A program made the position numbers and the translations under genes. A stretch of DNA of 64,000 nt from Octopus sinensis (lineage: Eukaryota): assembly GCF_006345805.1 (NCBI RefSeq), contig NC_042997.1, positions 180,978,001-181,042,000 on the forward strand, in the 5' to 3' direction. Under the pieces are notes generated by a model. The model was not told the DNA's origin, searched no databases, and worked only from the letters and a program-made list of their open reading frames with translations. Shown here piece after piece: positions 27,231 to 40,857 of this stretch. Position 1 is the first letter of the stretch. Each line of letters starts with the position of its first letter.

Positions 27231-27528
27231 TACTAGGAGAAAGACCGCCCTCTGGCCGGTTTTCTGCTAACCACTTGATAATATTTTCACATTTGATTCC
27301 CAATTCTCATAATTTTATGATATTTTAAGTCAAATTATTTCTTTGTATAATAGTGCTCACTTGCTTAGGAAATATTGCTTTCATTATTTTATCGCAGTCA
27401 TAATCTCTCTTTTTCAAACAAATATCAAGGTAGGCCAACAACAGAGGGAGAAGCAGTTTGTCAAGTTTTACCTTCCCCTCAAAGCAAAATTAAGATTTCA
27501 ATTCAACAGCCCATCTGTAAGCTTTGCA

Positions 27529-27561
<33 letters not shown>

Positions 27562-27960
27562 GTGAGGGAGACAGAACATTGTAAACAATAAAGGAAATAA
27601 ACATGAACTGAAAAAATCGTATGAATAAAAGGGCATAACTACAAACGTATATGCTCCTGAATTTGTTGCAGCATAACATCCAGAAAAATGAATACTTTTT
27701 AACGAAATTTTCTACAAATACCGCTTAGATGTGGTGACTTCAGATTATATAGGGTTTTATGGGAAATAATTTTTCCGAGGAAGTGGAAAGAGGAGTTTCT
27801 GAAAAATTCACACGATCCGAATTTTTCCCTCGTTACTTTCATGAAAATAGGTATCTTTTAATGAAAGTTTGCACAAATAACTTTCAAATTGCACAGAATA
27901 CGATTATAAAGAAATTTATGGCGAAAGTTTGGCCTCAGACTTCGGAGCAATAAACATGCC
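27231..27960 (+). mobile_element. non-autonomous Helentron/MITE-like element
   Basis: 5' hairpin ctaggagaaagaccgccc..ggccggttttctgcta; related starts at ~32449 (plus) and ~30107 (minus). Confidence 0.35.
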
Positions 27961-29498
27961 TCATGCTTCATCGAATTCTAACCCTCATACATAGCTCAGA
28001 TGAAATTGTCAAGAGAATGATGTCTCCATATTTCAGACCGCTCTGCTACTACATAAACATACTTTGTAGTCAACATCTGTTTGGCATGAAGTCACAAACA
28101 CCAATCACCAACCTGAGCCCAAAGAAAGCCTTCTAATATCACTGAGCTATTGGTATGGCTGCTAAAGTTGGTATGGCCTTTAAAGTTGACCCTGCAATTC
28201 AGCAGTTATTGATCTTGTTCCTCCTTTACTCATACACTCCAGACTCTCCAATATTTTGCCCGCTTTTCTCACTTCCACGTTCAAACTGTGCACCAACCAT
28301 TACTTTTAGTCCTTCCCTGAACATCAATCCACTCGAGATAGTGCATTGCACATTTTGTTTTCTGTTGATTTCGACGAGCAGACTTTTGAGAAGAATGTTA
28401 TAGAAATAATTTCACTTTTGAAAGCCATTGTCACGAACACTTTCTCCGGAACAAAACAAATTAGAGATTATACTAGCCTTATATTGACACAATTTAATTT
28501 TTTATTAAATTAAGCTCTCGTGATCATGCTTCAGGACACGTTGCAATAAATAATCTTCAGAGTTAAAAGCTTTTTTATGAGTTTTGGATTCTTCTACTTA
28601 TGACTGCCAACTAAACTTACCATCTTCATAAATATTAAGCACGAATGCGCTATTAGCTGAAAAGAGAGTAAAACATTTCCTTGCCTTTAATTAAAAATTC
28701 TACCTTGAGTAAAAGTTCGTACATGGATAAATTACTTTCCATAAGCCTAATATTAAACATTCAGCAGTTTAAAATATCAGTGATTGCGCTACATTTAATA
28801 GAAAATTTGAAATCTTTTCAAACGATCTTATATCTCACGAACGTCTATCATTTACTTCTTAAAGTAAATACCTTCATCTGTCGTGACTAACAAAACCTAC
28901 AAAATATAAACTACTGTATATAATACAAATAATAACGTCTTAATTGTCGAATAATATATCCTTTTATAAAATGCAAGTCCTATGATATTAATAATTTCAT
29001 TATTTCATTGCACAAAATACATTATAGGCAGTGTATATAAATACAAGCTATAGTGAAGTAATAATTATTTCATAATTAGTTTATCATTGCATAGCATGCA
29101 AGCCATGTAGTACATACAGTTATCTGATAATAGTTCTTTTTTTTAATTTTTAGTTATTAGCAATGTAAATCTTTTTAATTTTTGTTAGTATACCCCATAA
29201 AATACTAACTTAGAATGTGATAGTGACCATAACATTGAACAGGCATAGAGGATAAGTGTTATCCGTTTTATTTTGTTCTGCATGATCTATAACAACTGCC
29301 TGCGCCACTAGCATACCTCTTTAAATTTCGTTACATATCTGAGTAATATAAATCTTCATACGACACTAGTCAAGTTTATATATAATTTAATCCATGATAT
29401 CACGGAAATAATGAATATATATAAATGTTGTTTATATATAACTATCTGTGTTTTAGCGCAGGTGCATATTAATATATATCTACCTATTTAACAATGTC

Positions 29499-29501
<3 letters not shown>

Positions 29502-29535
<34 letters not shown>

Positions 29536-29584
29536 GTGTGTGTGTATACACACATACATACATACGCACACGCATGCAAGCATA

Positions 29585-29627
<43 letters not shown>

Positions 29628-29676
29628 GTGTGTGTGTATACACACATACATACATACGCACACGCATGCAAGCATA

Positions 29677-29712
<36 letters not shown>
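29502..29712. repeat. duplicated compound microsatellite unit
   Basis: (TA)n-cgtgtgtgtgtatacacacatacatacatacgcacacgcatgcaagcatactta occurs twice. Confidence 0.9.
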
Positions 29713-29716
<4 letters not shown>

Positions 29717-30105
29717 TATGATATAAATTCCGTTCTGTCTCCGTGTATGTGTGTGTATACAAGATTATAATGGCCTTATTTTTCAACTGATTTTCTCAAA
29801 ACTGGGAACATACATTACTCAAGTTCCAGGGATGGTTATAGACTCTTAAAAGTTTTCACATGAAGAGTAACGGGCTCCCTGGTGCAGAAAGCACCCGTGT
29901 ATTTACTTTACATACGTATATTAGTTGGAAACTTTCTTTTAACATTTCACTTAACCTCTATGTTCCATGCTGTTATGGGTTGGAGAGTTATTAATGTAGA
30001 AAGTTGTTATCTCAGCTACTACCAGTCGAGACCTACGTAATTTAGACGGCGTTTTTAAATTTTCTTATTCTCTTTAAACCGGGCAACGCCGGGTATTTCT
30101 GCTAG

Positions 30106-30150
<45 letters not shown>

Positions 30151-32520
30151 AATCAACTCTCCAATAATTCATTATATTTACTTCTGTTTAGAAACCGGTA
30201 GGCTTAAAATGAATGCCAGTGCAATTAGTTGACGAAACTCTGGACAGCCTCCAAAAGTTAAAATGATATGTAAAATTAGATACGGAAAAAAATAATGGTA
30301 TCAAAATTTCATTACATAACCATTCACAATATATAAAAAATCGATAACATAAAAAAATGAGCAGATGTTTATTTTTGCACAATTTCAGTTCGGCAACAAC
30401 TTATAGTATATTATTATTGTTGTTGTTGTTGTTGCTAAGCTGATATTCCAATTTTTGTTGGTGTTGTTATTGTTATCATCATCATCATCACCACCACCAC
30501 TATCATTATCATCATCATCAACAACGTCATTATTTATATTTTTTTTAATTTTACGATTGCATTTAAGTGCAAAATATTCAGTACACTGGATCTGGTACAG
30601 CTGACTTACATTCATTGTCACGGTGACATAGAGTGTTGAACATTAGTTATATTCAGAGGAGAAATGCTAATCATTAAAATACTGAGTTACTACTATATTA
30701 TGCACTGCTATTATATATAATAATAGTGTTTCAGTAATAACATTTCTTTAAAGTGAGATAGAGTGCGAGAAAGGAAAAAGAACAGAAAGAGCGAGAGAGT
30801 GGAAAAGTGCGTTTGAAAGAAGGAAGGAAGAAATATTGATACTAAATATTGATGTCTTATCGTCTAATGAATAAAGCTGCAAGGTTGTGGGTAGATCATA
30901 TATTTCAAACGCTACAGAATTTTGAGCTCTACTGAAACAATATTGCATGATGTATTCATTAATTTCATGTTCTTGTTGCGCTACATCAACTGGAGGGGAA
31001 AGGACATTGTCAAAAATATTACTTTAATACTGTTGTAGAATTTACTAGCATCAAATTCAAAATTTTATTGATCTCTGTATTTTTTAATGGTCGATTTTCG
31101 AACAATATTTTTTGAAGTTTTCATCTGTACACCTATAATTCAAATTTTTGTGGCCCTTAACATTATTTTAGGTGTTTGTGTTTATTGTCCTATTTGTTTT
31201 GTTGTGTTGAAAATTGTTATTTTCAATGCTGTTTCTGTTTGGGCTGATTATATTAGTAGCATATTATATTTTATTTGATTCTTTATTCTTTCTTTCTAAA
31301 TTTCTCATGTTGGGTAATAATTTATGAATTGATTTATCTGCTGCATTAAATAAAAAAAGTATGTTTCTCTGAAAACAAAGTAGACTTAAAGCATATAAAA
31401 AAGTTTATGTTTTGAAACAGTACCTAAATCTTAGCAATTTATTGACTACTTTAATTTGTTTTGACATTAGTTATTAATATTTGATGTAGCATTTTATCTT
31501 TTGCATATATGGCAGTCAGTATTTGCAGATACTAGATAACTAAAATATAGACAAAATACTCTCTCCCTCTCTTAAACGGTTTATTCGACTTTAAATAACA
31601 CTCAGCCTCGGCAACCTTTCAACATTGTAGTAATAAGTCATTCTTCAAAAGCTTCCGTATAAATTTATTTGTTTCTTTTTCTAAATCGGTAATTCAAAGG
31701 CAAACAGTGTAGCGGTATTGTGGATCGATATCATACGAAATTCTCTAGAAATAAAGAATTATTAGACGCATGTTAAGTCACAGCATTCAACATCTTACTT
31801 TGATTCTTTATGATTATCGGTTGCAGTTAATAAATGTGATATTGTTGTAAAATAAACCTTAAGGAGAAATAATACCGCATCAGTAAACAATTAACTGTGC
31901 ATCAAATTGTAAGTGTGTAGATCATTCAGTTATTTACTGCCTCAAAGTTTGCATGCTTGATTTCCGAGGTGAACGACTTCATCTTATCTTGTATTAAATT
32001 ATGTAAGTTGACTCCATATATTATCAGTACGGGAGGTTAAAAATAGTACTAGTTCTGGCTATAGCTTGCAACTGTTATTTCATATCGCGTCATTATTAAA
32101 TGCAACATTCCCGACGCCATCTCTTTTATTCTATTTATTCATTTTCTTTTTGTTTTTAAAACCTGTGAAAAATAGTGAAATACTGCAGTCGGTTGAGTCA
32201 ACCGCCATGTTAGCTCAAAATAAAACTCTATGGTTATATATAAGGAACATTGTCCGGATAAAACAGTCACCGACTGATTATGAAGTTGCCCAAATTATTT
32301 ATGGATGTTTTATATCGCAAACGTTATTTAAATAAATCCAAATTCGAGTGTAACAGTCAATAATCTCAAAATTAACGAGTCTTCACTGGCCCTCAGATTT
32401 TTACAATAATTGAATCTTATTCTTTCTTGTATATATTTAGTGTTTACAACTAGCAGAGAGACTACCATCCAGGCAGTTTTCTGCTAATCGCTAAATAATG
32501 TTAATGCAAGGAAATAATAC

Positions 32521-33094
32521 TTATCGCCACTTCAACATGGACCTTCCGAAGTAACCGACATTATTAGCATTTTAACCCCAGGGGAACCCGCCCCAAGCTG
32601 GTTATTCAGTGCAATATGCACCCGGTATATATTGCAAACAGGGAAGTGAACCCCTACCATCTTCCAGTGATGGGACCATCAAACCGTACGGTTTCGAGCT
32701 ATTTGTACTCAGCCTTAATCTTGGATACTCGTCCGCTAGCAATAATTCGGTTCAGCTCGTAATATATAGAAAACAAGTAGCAACCAGTCACTGATCTTGC
32801 AACAAACTAAATTAGTAAGAAAATTACTATAAGAGACGAAAGCAGTAACTATACTTAGAAGTAATGTTTATCGCCAGCAAAATCCTGTTTTATCTAGCGG
32901 ACCAGTATCCACCACTGAGAATGAGCAAAAATTGTCTGATGGTCCCGTCGCAGGTATGGTGGGTTAGCTCCCCTGCTTGCAATATATGTCTGGTGCAGAT
33001 TGCAACGAATAATCAACTGGAGGAGGTTTCCTCCTGGGGCTAAAATGGTTGTAACATCGGCTCCTAGAGAACAGCTATGTTGAAGTGGCGATAA
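32521..33094. mobile_element. MITE/foldback element with ~160-bp imperfect terminal inverted repeats
   Basis: ttatcgccacttcaacat...gatgggaccatca versus tgatggtccc...atgttgaagtggcgataa. Confidence 0.8.
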
Positions 33095-34359
33095 ACGTTT
33101 CTTCTCTTGTAGAAATTTTCTAAATGTTAATTCATTCGATTCTCATTTTGTGTAATTTTTCTAATATGTTATGTCTAATTTTTCTTTGAATAATTTATTT
33201 GTCTCTTATATGTATTCTCTCTGCAAAGGAATTCAGAATAATGCCAAGCACTCAAGGACAACGTTAGAATTTATGAAGAAATTGGGTTATTTTGTTGTAC
33301 ACAATAATCAAATACTTTACTTGAAAGCAAATGTATATTTGATACAAATGACCTGAGTAAATTAAATATACTTTTGTCGTTTAGTATTGTATTTCTTCAG
33401 CGACATCCAAGAAATATGAAAGGATAGTGAAATTACACACTTTGGTTGACGGTGGATTAAACTTGTTATGAAGAGAAGTGTTTTTACCGATACGTCAGTA
33501 AAACATAGTGTTTATATTTCCAGAATTATATGGTGAAACGTTAAAAAAACCCATCACATTGAGTAAGATGACTATGTCGCAGTGAATAAAGCTTATATTC
33601 CTGATTGAATCATATAGTGGAAATCTTTGATTATAAAAGATTTTTGTAAACGTTTCCTTTTGCTAAAAATATGCGAAAGGTGGATTTTATAAGTATTTTC
33701 TGGACGATGTAGACTTTAATAATTGGTTTTTCTTTAGTAAAAGCTACTCGCTTCAAAATTAATTAATAAGCAGCGTTCTTTATTATCAGATAACTTGAGA
33801 TTCATTAATCGTCAAACTAAAATATGGATATTTCATGCACAGTCCTACTATGGTGTTCTTATTAATGAAAGATAGAGTTATAAATGTGAGCAAGAAAATT
33901 TGTTCATTATTGCAATTCGAAATGTAATGTGTTTGGAAACACTTTACCCGAGAATAACACTACTAAATTTATACTAAAATGGATTTCATACTTTCACTAT
34001 CAATTCTACTTTCATGGCAAGAAATAATATTTAGTAAGTTTATCAAGAAGGATAATCACAATCAAGAGTTTTCCCAGATAGTCAGACTGTTCATTGGCCC
34101 GTCAATGTCTAGAGAAAACACAAGGGTGATGACGAGCAGGCAGTTTGATCTTATTCCTTGAAACATAATATACTCCACTAATGATATTACTGAAACTTAA
34201 TGACAGTGCGAAACATAACACCATTTTAAACCTACTAACAGAATACACACGTAAACAGCATTATACGGAGCAGCGTCATACTGACGTAATAACCCACTGA
34301 AACAATCCCTTTTATTTTTTCACTTACACACTGTGTGAATTTTACATCTGCTATATCAT

Positions 34360-34808
34360 TACCCTTTGAACGGCAGACCGAGAAATTATTTTTTCTAACA
34401 ATACACTTTCAAAATTCGGACACTGCTAGAATGTGTCCTATAAAACATATTTTACTCTTAGTGTTGTTGAGAACAGTTTGTTATAACCCTAAAGCGCTAA
34501 AGCTAAAACCAGTACAAACGCACGAACGATGTCATAAATAATAGTGACAAACAAAATATACACTGCCGATAGTTGTTGACAAACAACAGCAGTAATTTTA
34601 TTCAGCTGAATACACATCATTGATTGGTTGAAATTACCGAAATGCAACAACTTTAACACGAAATAACTTTGAGAGACAAACTTTTCTCAACAACACAAAG
34701 AGTAAAAGATCTTTTATATGACACATTCTACCAGTGTCCGAGGTTTGAAAGTGTTTAGTTACAAAAAATTAATTTCTCGATCTGCCGTTCAAATGGAAAA
34801 GATCCCAA
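34360..34808. mobile_element. MITE-like element
   Basis: inverted motifs ccctttgaacggcag (~34362) / ctgccgttcaaatgg (~34782). Confidence 0.45.
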
Positions 34809-35069
34809 TAATGTTCTATAGAATGATCATAAAAGTACAATTTAAGTTACCATCTTCGAAGAAAACTTTGAAGAAATCCATATAAGAAATCAATAATACC
34901 CAGGAAAAAAGATTTTGTGAGAAATTGATATTCTAAGCTATGAATAATACAAGTATATGTTAAATGTGAACTAAAAGATCTGACTTATAGCCTTTGTTTA
35001 TAAATGAACATACTCAAAAGATTGGGAATTATAAAAAATGTAATATAGGTACATATAAATAAATGAATA

Positions 35070-35494
35070 CACATACATGCATGCATACATACATACATAC
35101 ATACATACATACATACATACTTGCATACATACATACATACATACATACTACATACATACATACATACATACATACATACATACATACATACATACATACA
35201 TACATACATACATACATACATGCTTGCATACGGGCATTCATGAATGCACACAGATACAATCACGAACAAGAAAATGCGTGTGTGTGTGTGTATGTCTGTG
35301 TCTGTGTGTCTGTGCGTATGTGCATGTCTATGTATAATATACGTGCATACAAACATACCCATTTCATATGTACATACATATAAAAGTATACGATAAGCGA
35401 TGCTCTTGAAATCTTGACGCATTTCAGTTAGTATAGGTACGAGGAAAGTTAGTAAGATAGCTATTATTATTATCATTATTATTATTATTATTAC

Positions 35495-35575
<81 letters not shown>

Positions 35576-35585
35576 TATCATCATC

Positions 35586-35616
<31 letters not shown>

Positions 35617-35617
35617 C

Positions 35618-35655
<38 letters not shown>

Positions 35656-35682
35656 TATTATTATTATTATTGTTATTATTAT
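35070..35682. repeat. (CATA)n, (ATT)n, (ATC)n microsatellites
   Basis: directly visible. Confidence 0.95.
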
Positions 35683-36519
35683 TCTCTTCATATATTGCTA
35701 TTCATGGAATATCAATTTCTCGAGTATATTTTCTGAAAACGTCGTAGGATTGGAGAAGTTGGAAAGTTTCTGTTTTTCAGAATATTAGTCAAGAGGCATA
35801 TTTTTCACGAGTGTGCATCTGAGATAATCAGGACTGTTGCAAACGTGATTGATCGAAGTCTCAAACCGTTGTCAATGTAAAATTCCTTTGTTCATGACTG
35901 GAGAAAGAATATTGAAGATAACATCATTGTGGATCAGGGAAACGGCCTGTCAATACCGACAGTGATGAATTTGTCAGTGAGAAAATTTCACATCCTGGTA
36001 CGAAATCAGCTTTGCTTGCTATAACACTGTTACGTCAATCAAACGACAGAATACTTTTGTCCTGCAGAGTCTATGTTTGAAAATATCAGAATTGGAGAAC
36101 ATTAGATTAATGTATATAACGACTTCTAAGAACGGTATATAGATTCCCTATGGATTTCGCCGGCGTTTTTCTATTTAATGTAAATGTAAGACAGGATAAG
36201 TATACAAAACAAACCTAGAGTTGGTTTCATAGTGCATCAAATGTTTTTATTTAATTTTCTCCCATTCTTTTATAGAAACAGCGAATATCTTTATCATAAA
36301 CAAAGTTAGTTTTCAGTGACACTAATGGTAACCACCTGTTTTACGCTAAAATTGCTCTAAGATTGACCTTTAAACAACGGAAATGGGGTAAGAGATGTTC
36401 GAGTGAATTCTTCTGGTGGTGTATAAGTATTAATATAAACATAAATGCAAACATAGCGTATCTTTATATATATATATATATGTTTCTTTATACACATATC
36501 TATCTACGCATACACACAC

Positions 36520-36562
<43 letters not shown>

Positions 36563-36564
36563 TA

Positions 36565-36960
36565 AAATACAAAATGAGACAAGAACGCAAAACATCCGGA
36601 CAGCTAGATGATACAAAAAGGGACAACAAAACATCCAGAAAAACGATACAAAGAAAACAAGGATGGGTCATTCGAAGTTTTCTTTCCTCGGTCAAGCACC
36701 AGATTATCCTCGCAATTTCGGCTGATTCTTCTTGAGATTGCACCAATCTGGCCAGCCCCAAGGAAAAACTAAGCTGAGAGCATTAGATTCCTTGGAAGAA
36801 AGCATCGAATGTATACAGAAACAAGAACGGAAAAACGGACAAATTACACAAATATAAATACAATAATAAATACAATAAAAATAATAACAGGACATAACAA
36901 TAGGTGTCTTTCGACTAAGGACGAATTGAATTAAGCTGGCGCGTGTGAAACTGAAGCCTT
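36565..36960 (-). mobile_element. non-coding PLE-type terminal repeat ending in (TA)n, carrying a rearranged hammerhead
   Basis: T-rich tracts on minus, abuts (TA)n, contains the structured motif at 36674-36795; PLE assignment inferred. Confidence 0.5.
36674..36795 (-). ncRNA. non-circularly permuted hammerhead-like ribozyme
   Basis: ccaaggaa/ttccttgg; ggctg/cagcc-GAAA; ccagatt/aatctgg; GAAATTGC/GCAAT-C; tcaag/cttga-CCGAGGA. Confidence 0.6.
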
Positions 36961-38010
36961 ACGACAGAGATAATGTATGTATGTATGTTCGGTTATTCGA
37001 CATAACAGCGTATTGCATAAGAACAGCCTTATCGCTCTACATGCATCTCGAGCTGTCTCTCCTTCTGTAGTGAAGCGAATCTTCTTCAGTATTCGACAGC
37101 GTATTTCTGAAAGTATCCACGCATGCCTGGTCGCAGTGTCCTTCCCACCCGACCATGTCATTCATCTTCGTTGAAACCAAATAGTTATTGTGTGGATGTA
37201 ACTGTTCCTACCCACTCACGTGTTCTCTATATGTCGGTGAAGCTGAACTTGAACCGATTGCATTTCTTATCAGGTCAAAGATGGTTAGCTTCAAACGACA
37301 TTTTAGATTGTAGCCTCCTACTTTTGTCTGCTTTTAACCTAGGACTCCAATTTCATCAAAATACTAATTCACTTCACTGTCCACGTATTACAGGAGGTGG
37401 GATACTCTCAGCAGGTGTCTGTGATTTGGCAACTATAGCATGCTCGAACGCCTTGAGCATGAGCCCTGGCAAAAGACAAACAAAAGTTGACCGGAGGTTT
37501 TAGTTCCTTCCACTGGAAACAGAAATGTCATGATCTGAGGAAGCTACAGCAAGCAAACAGAAATATCATGATCTGAGGAATCTACAGTAAGCAAACAGAA
37601 ACATCATGATCTGAGGAATCTACAGTAAGCAAACAGAAAGCATGACGGATGCGATGTAGGCATTCACCATTTCAGCTCGAGTTACCAGGGATAGTTTCTT
37701 CTGAGCTCATTTCTAAGTGACACCATCCAAGCTGCTCATAATTCGTCCCAGTTCCTGATGACTTCGAGGTTCAGATCGAACAGCACAATGTAGAGTTTAA
37801 CTAGCTCCACTATCCAGTTCCCACGACACTGTCCAACATCATATACTTGTCCTTTCAAATACGTAACTATTCTTCCGGATTTATATTCGTTCCTACCATC
37901 GATTCCTATTTCGTTTAAATGGTTTAGACCACTGAAGTATCCTGAGCTTTCAGCAGCTGATTTTCATTAAAGAAGATCCATTCCAATGTATTTCATGGAC
38001 ATTGTCCTGA
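36960..38010 (-). mobile_element. decayed Tx1/L1-clade LINE ORF2 C-terminal remnant
   Basis: minus-strand peptides KLYIVLFDLNLEVIRNWDE, KKLSLVTRAEMVNAYIASV, HRHLLRVSHLL, typical of the Tx1 post-RT region. Confidence 0.55.
37517..37645. repeat. ~38-bp minisatellite, 3+ copies
   Basis: aaacagaaa..tcatgatctgaggaa.ctacag.aagc repeated. Confidence 0.9.
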
Positions 38011-40857
38011 AATTTCGATTCCCTAAAACACATTGGTCTTTTTAATTTAAGTCTGAACCAAGGGGATTTGGTGTTTACTAAATATTTAGCTCATCTCATC
38101 TCGATAGCATATCGTGCAATTCATTACACTGCGTGTGCAATTACGTTACTTAGCCCGCCCGTTACGCTTTCACGGCATTAGAGAAAAAAAGGGAGAAAGA
38201 AAAGAGGGATAGAGAAAAAGAGGATAAGGCGAATAATGAGGCAGAAAGAGAGAAAGAAAAGGGAGAGAGAAAAGACGGACGGAGAAGAGTCCATAACATG
38301 TGGTAGGGAGAACGTAACATTTATTACGCTGTTAAAAAATTAGTTGGGGGTAGTTATATTGAGGAGAGTTAGTGATATAATTTTAGTAGAGGTGTGATTT
38401 CTGATGGTGAGATTAAAGAAAAGCACAGAGAGAGAGAGAGAGAGAGAATGATGATGGTAGTGGTGATGGTGGTGGAGGTGGCGTTGGTGAGTGCTTAGTG
38501 AAAAGTAACTTATTTTTAAGTGAACTGTTTATATTCCAACGATGGTATTTTGCATCTTTGTTAAAAATTAGACCCATACTTATGTATAGAATTATAGATA
38601 CCAAAGGAAATATGCTTGCATACACGCATACATACGTCCATTCATATATACTTTCATATATGTGCGAATATGTGTCTGCGTGTTTCTATATGAATATACG
38701 TAAGCATATGTATATGCGTATCGAATTATTTGGATTTTCAAACGAGAGATACGTATTCAATGTCACCAGTAGTATATTCCTTTATTCACTTATTCGAAGT
38801 TAAGCTTTCAGCCCATTATTATATATTTTGCATATTTATATGTACAACCTAACGTCTGTGGGTAATTATGTATACAAAACTACACGCACTTATGAATGTG
38901 TACATATAGAAACACGCACAATGTTGCATGCAAACTTACAAGCTTTCATGTATACATACAAATACGTAAAATGTGTACATATGTGTGTGTTTGTATTTGT
39001 GTATATATATATATATGTATACAAACGTAGTGAGCATTAGTGCTTTTGTGTGTATTGGCGTAGCGATATATAAATTTATTCATGTGTGTACCATTTGAAA
39101 GACATAAAAAATTACTGGTGATCCACACAACCTGCGGCTAATCCTTATAAATATGGGAGGAAAACATGCAAATGATCTCGAATATTTACGCTTCATCACA
39201 CACATTCTCACATTCATCGTCAATATCCCTTTCAAATATTTTCATGTCAGAAGCAAGTGTAGAGTCAGTTCTTATCTCTGCTTTATGTATAGTTGAGTGA
39301 ATAAGAGATAATTCTGTCATGAATATGACACTAATACGTCGCCGATAGATTTCCATGCGTAAATAATTAGGATCTACATTGAAACCAAAAATAATACTCA
39401 TCAGTTTGTAAGTCCTAGCACAGATAAGAACTCCGTATTTTACCATATACAACATATAATTAAACGGAAATAAACCTGGACAATGGTACTCTTCTATACA
39501 CACACGCTCGTGCACACGCACACACACATACACAGACACACACGCACACGCACAAATGTAACGCAAACATACATACATACATGTACATACGTACAGATAC
39601 GCACACACGTACACACAGGGGACCAGCAGAGCGTCACCCAAATAGCCTCCCATCATTTCGTCCGGCTCATTACGTGGTGAGTTACTCACGCTGAGGTCAT
39701 TTTGTCTTTCACCACTCCGGGGCCGATAAAAAAGTATCAGTCAGGTGCTGCTATCAATGGTATTGGCTGTCACTCCCCTCAATAATCCTGGCCTTATTTC
39801 CGTCTTATATTAATTTTCATAGGCGTATGTTCCTGCCTACAAGTTGTCTCTGGCTTCAGTGCCATGTCCAACTATTTTCCATAGTGTTGCGATTTTTTTC
39901 TTATAAATTTGTAGCTGTTGCAAACTATCTTCATTTACTCACTCGATCGGTCTGTGAGAAAGAGCTTGCAACATCGGCATTTTCAGAGCCCCGAAAACGA
40001 CGAAAATCGGAGACCTGAATAGGATATACAATAACAGAGGACAGATATCACTGCAAAGAAAATATATGGGCTGGGCTTTGAGAGGAAAAGTAAACGACCT
40101 AATAAGAAGAGACAAGTAAATTCGGTACACTTTCGTTGAAGTAGAATGAACACCTCTAAATCCACTGAGCAGATATACGTTGTATTGTAGTTCCGGTAGA
40201 AATTCTTGGTAAGACGAAAACGCAGTGTATATTGCCGGGGTTGGTTTGTATTTATGAGCAATTCCGTGCCAAATCAATCGAGTGGCCTTTGTTTGCATGC
40301 CAGTCTAAGGTGCTTAGATGCGATATAGCATCACTGCCACAGAGGTGTGTAGAGAAATTTACTTGTCAGGCTCATTTCATTTGTATAAAAGACTACGAAG
40401 TATAAGAGGGGAAATAATTTTTACCACTGAAGATGAAGTCCAGTATTTTATTATGCAGTCGTAGCCATGATGTTTGTTTCTGCTTTTTATCCACGCATTC
40501 TGAATATCTTTATTTTCAGTTCTTTATATTACAAGATTCTCTTTTTCATTTCCGATAGATATATATTTTTGTCATTCAATTTGATGCATCGATTAGACGT
40601 TTATTTCCTGATTGTATTTCACAATAGTGTTCTGGAACTTTTCCTAATCTCCCTGACTACGTAAAGCAGCATATTCCAGCGTATTGCTCCTTTTACATTC
40701 TTTGAAACATTTTGTGCTGTAGGTATCATGCCAGTTATGTATATGTATGTGTGTTTTTGTGTCTGTGTATGTGTGAGAGAGAGAGAGAGAGAGAGTATGT
40801 TTGTTTGTATATGTATATATACTGTATATATATATATATATATATATATAATAAATA

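Noticed and set aside
37517-37645. CRISPR-like array (also 60037-60128)
   Set aside because: head-to-tail repeats without unique spacers, eukaryotic context, no cas genes
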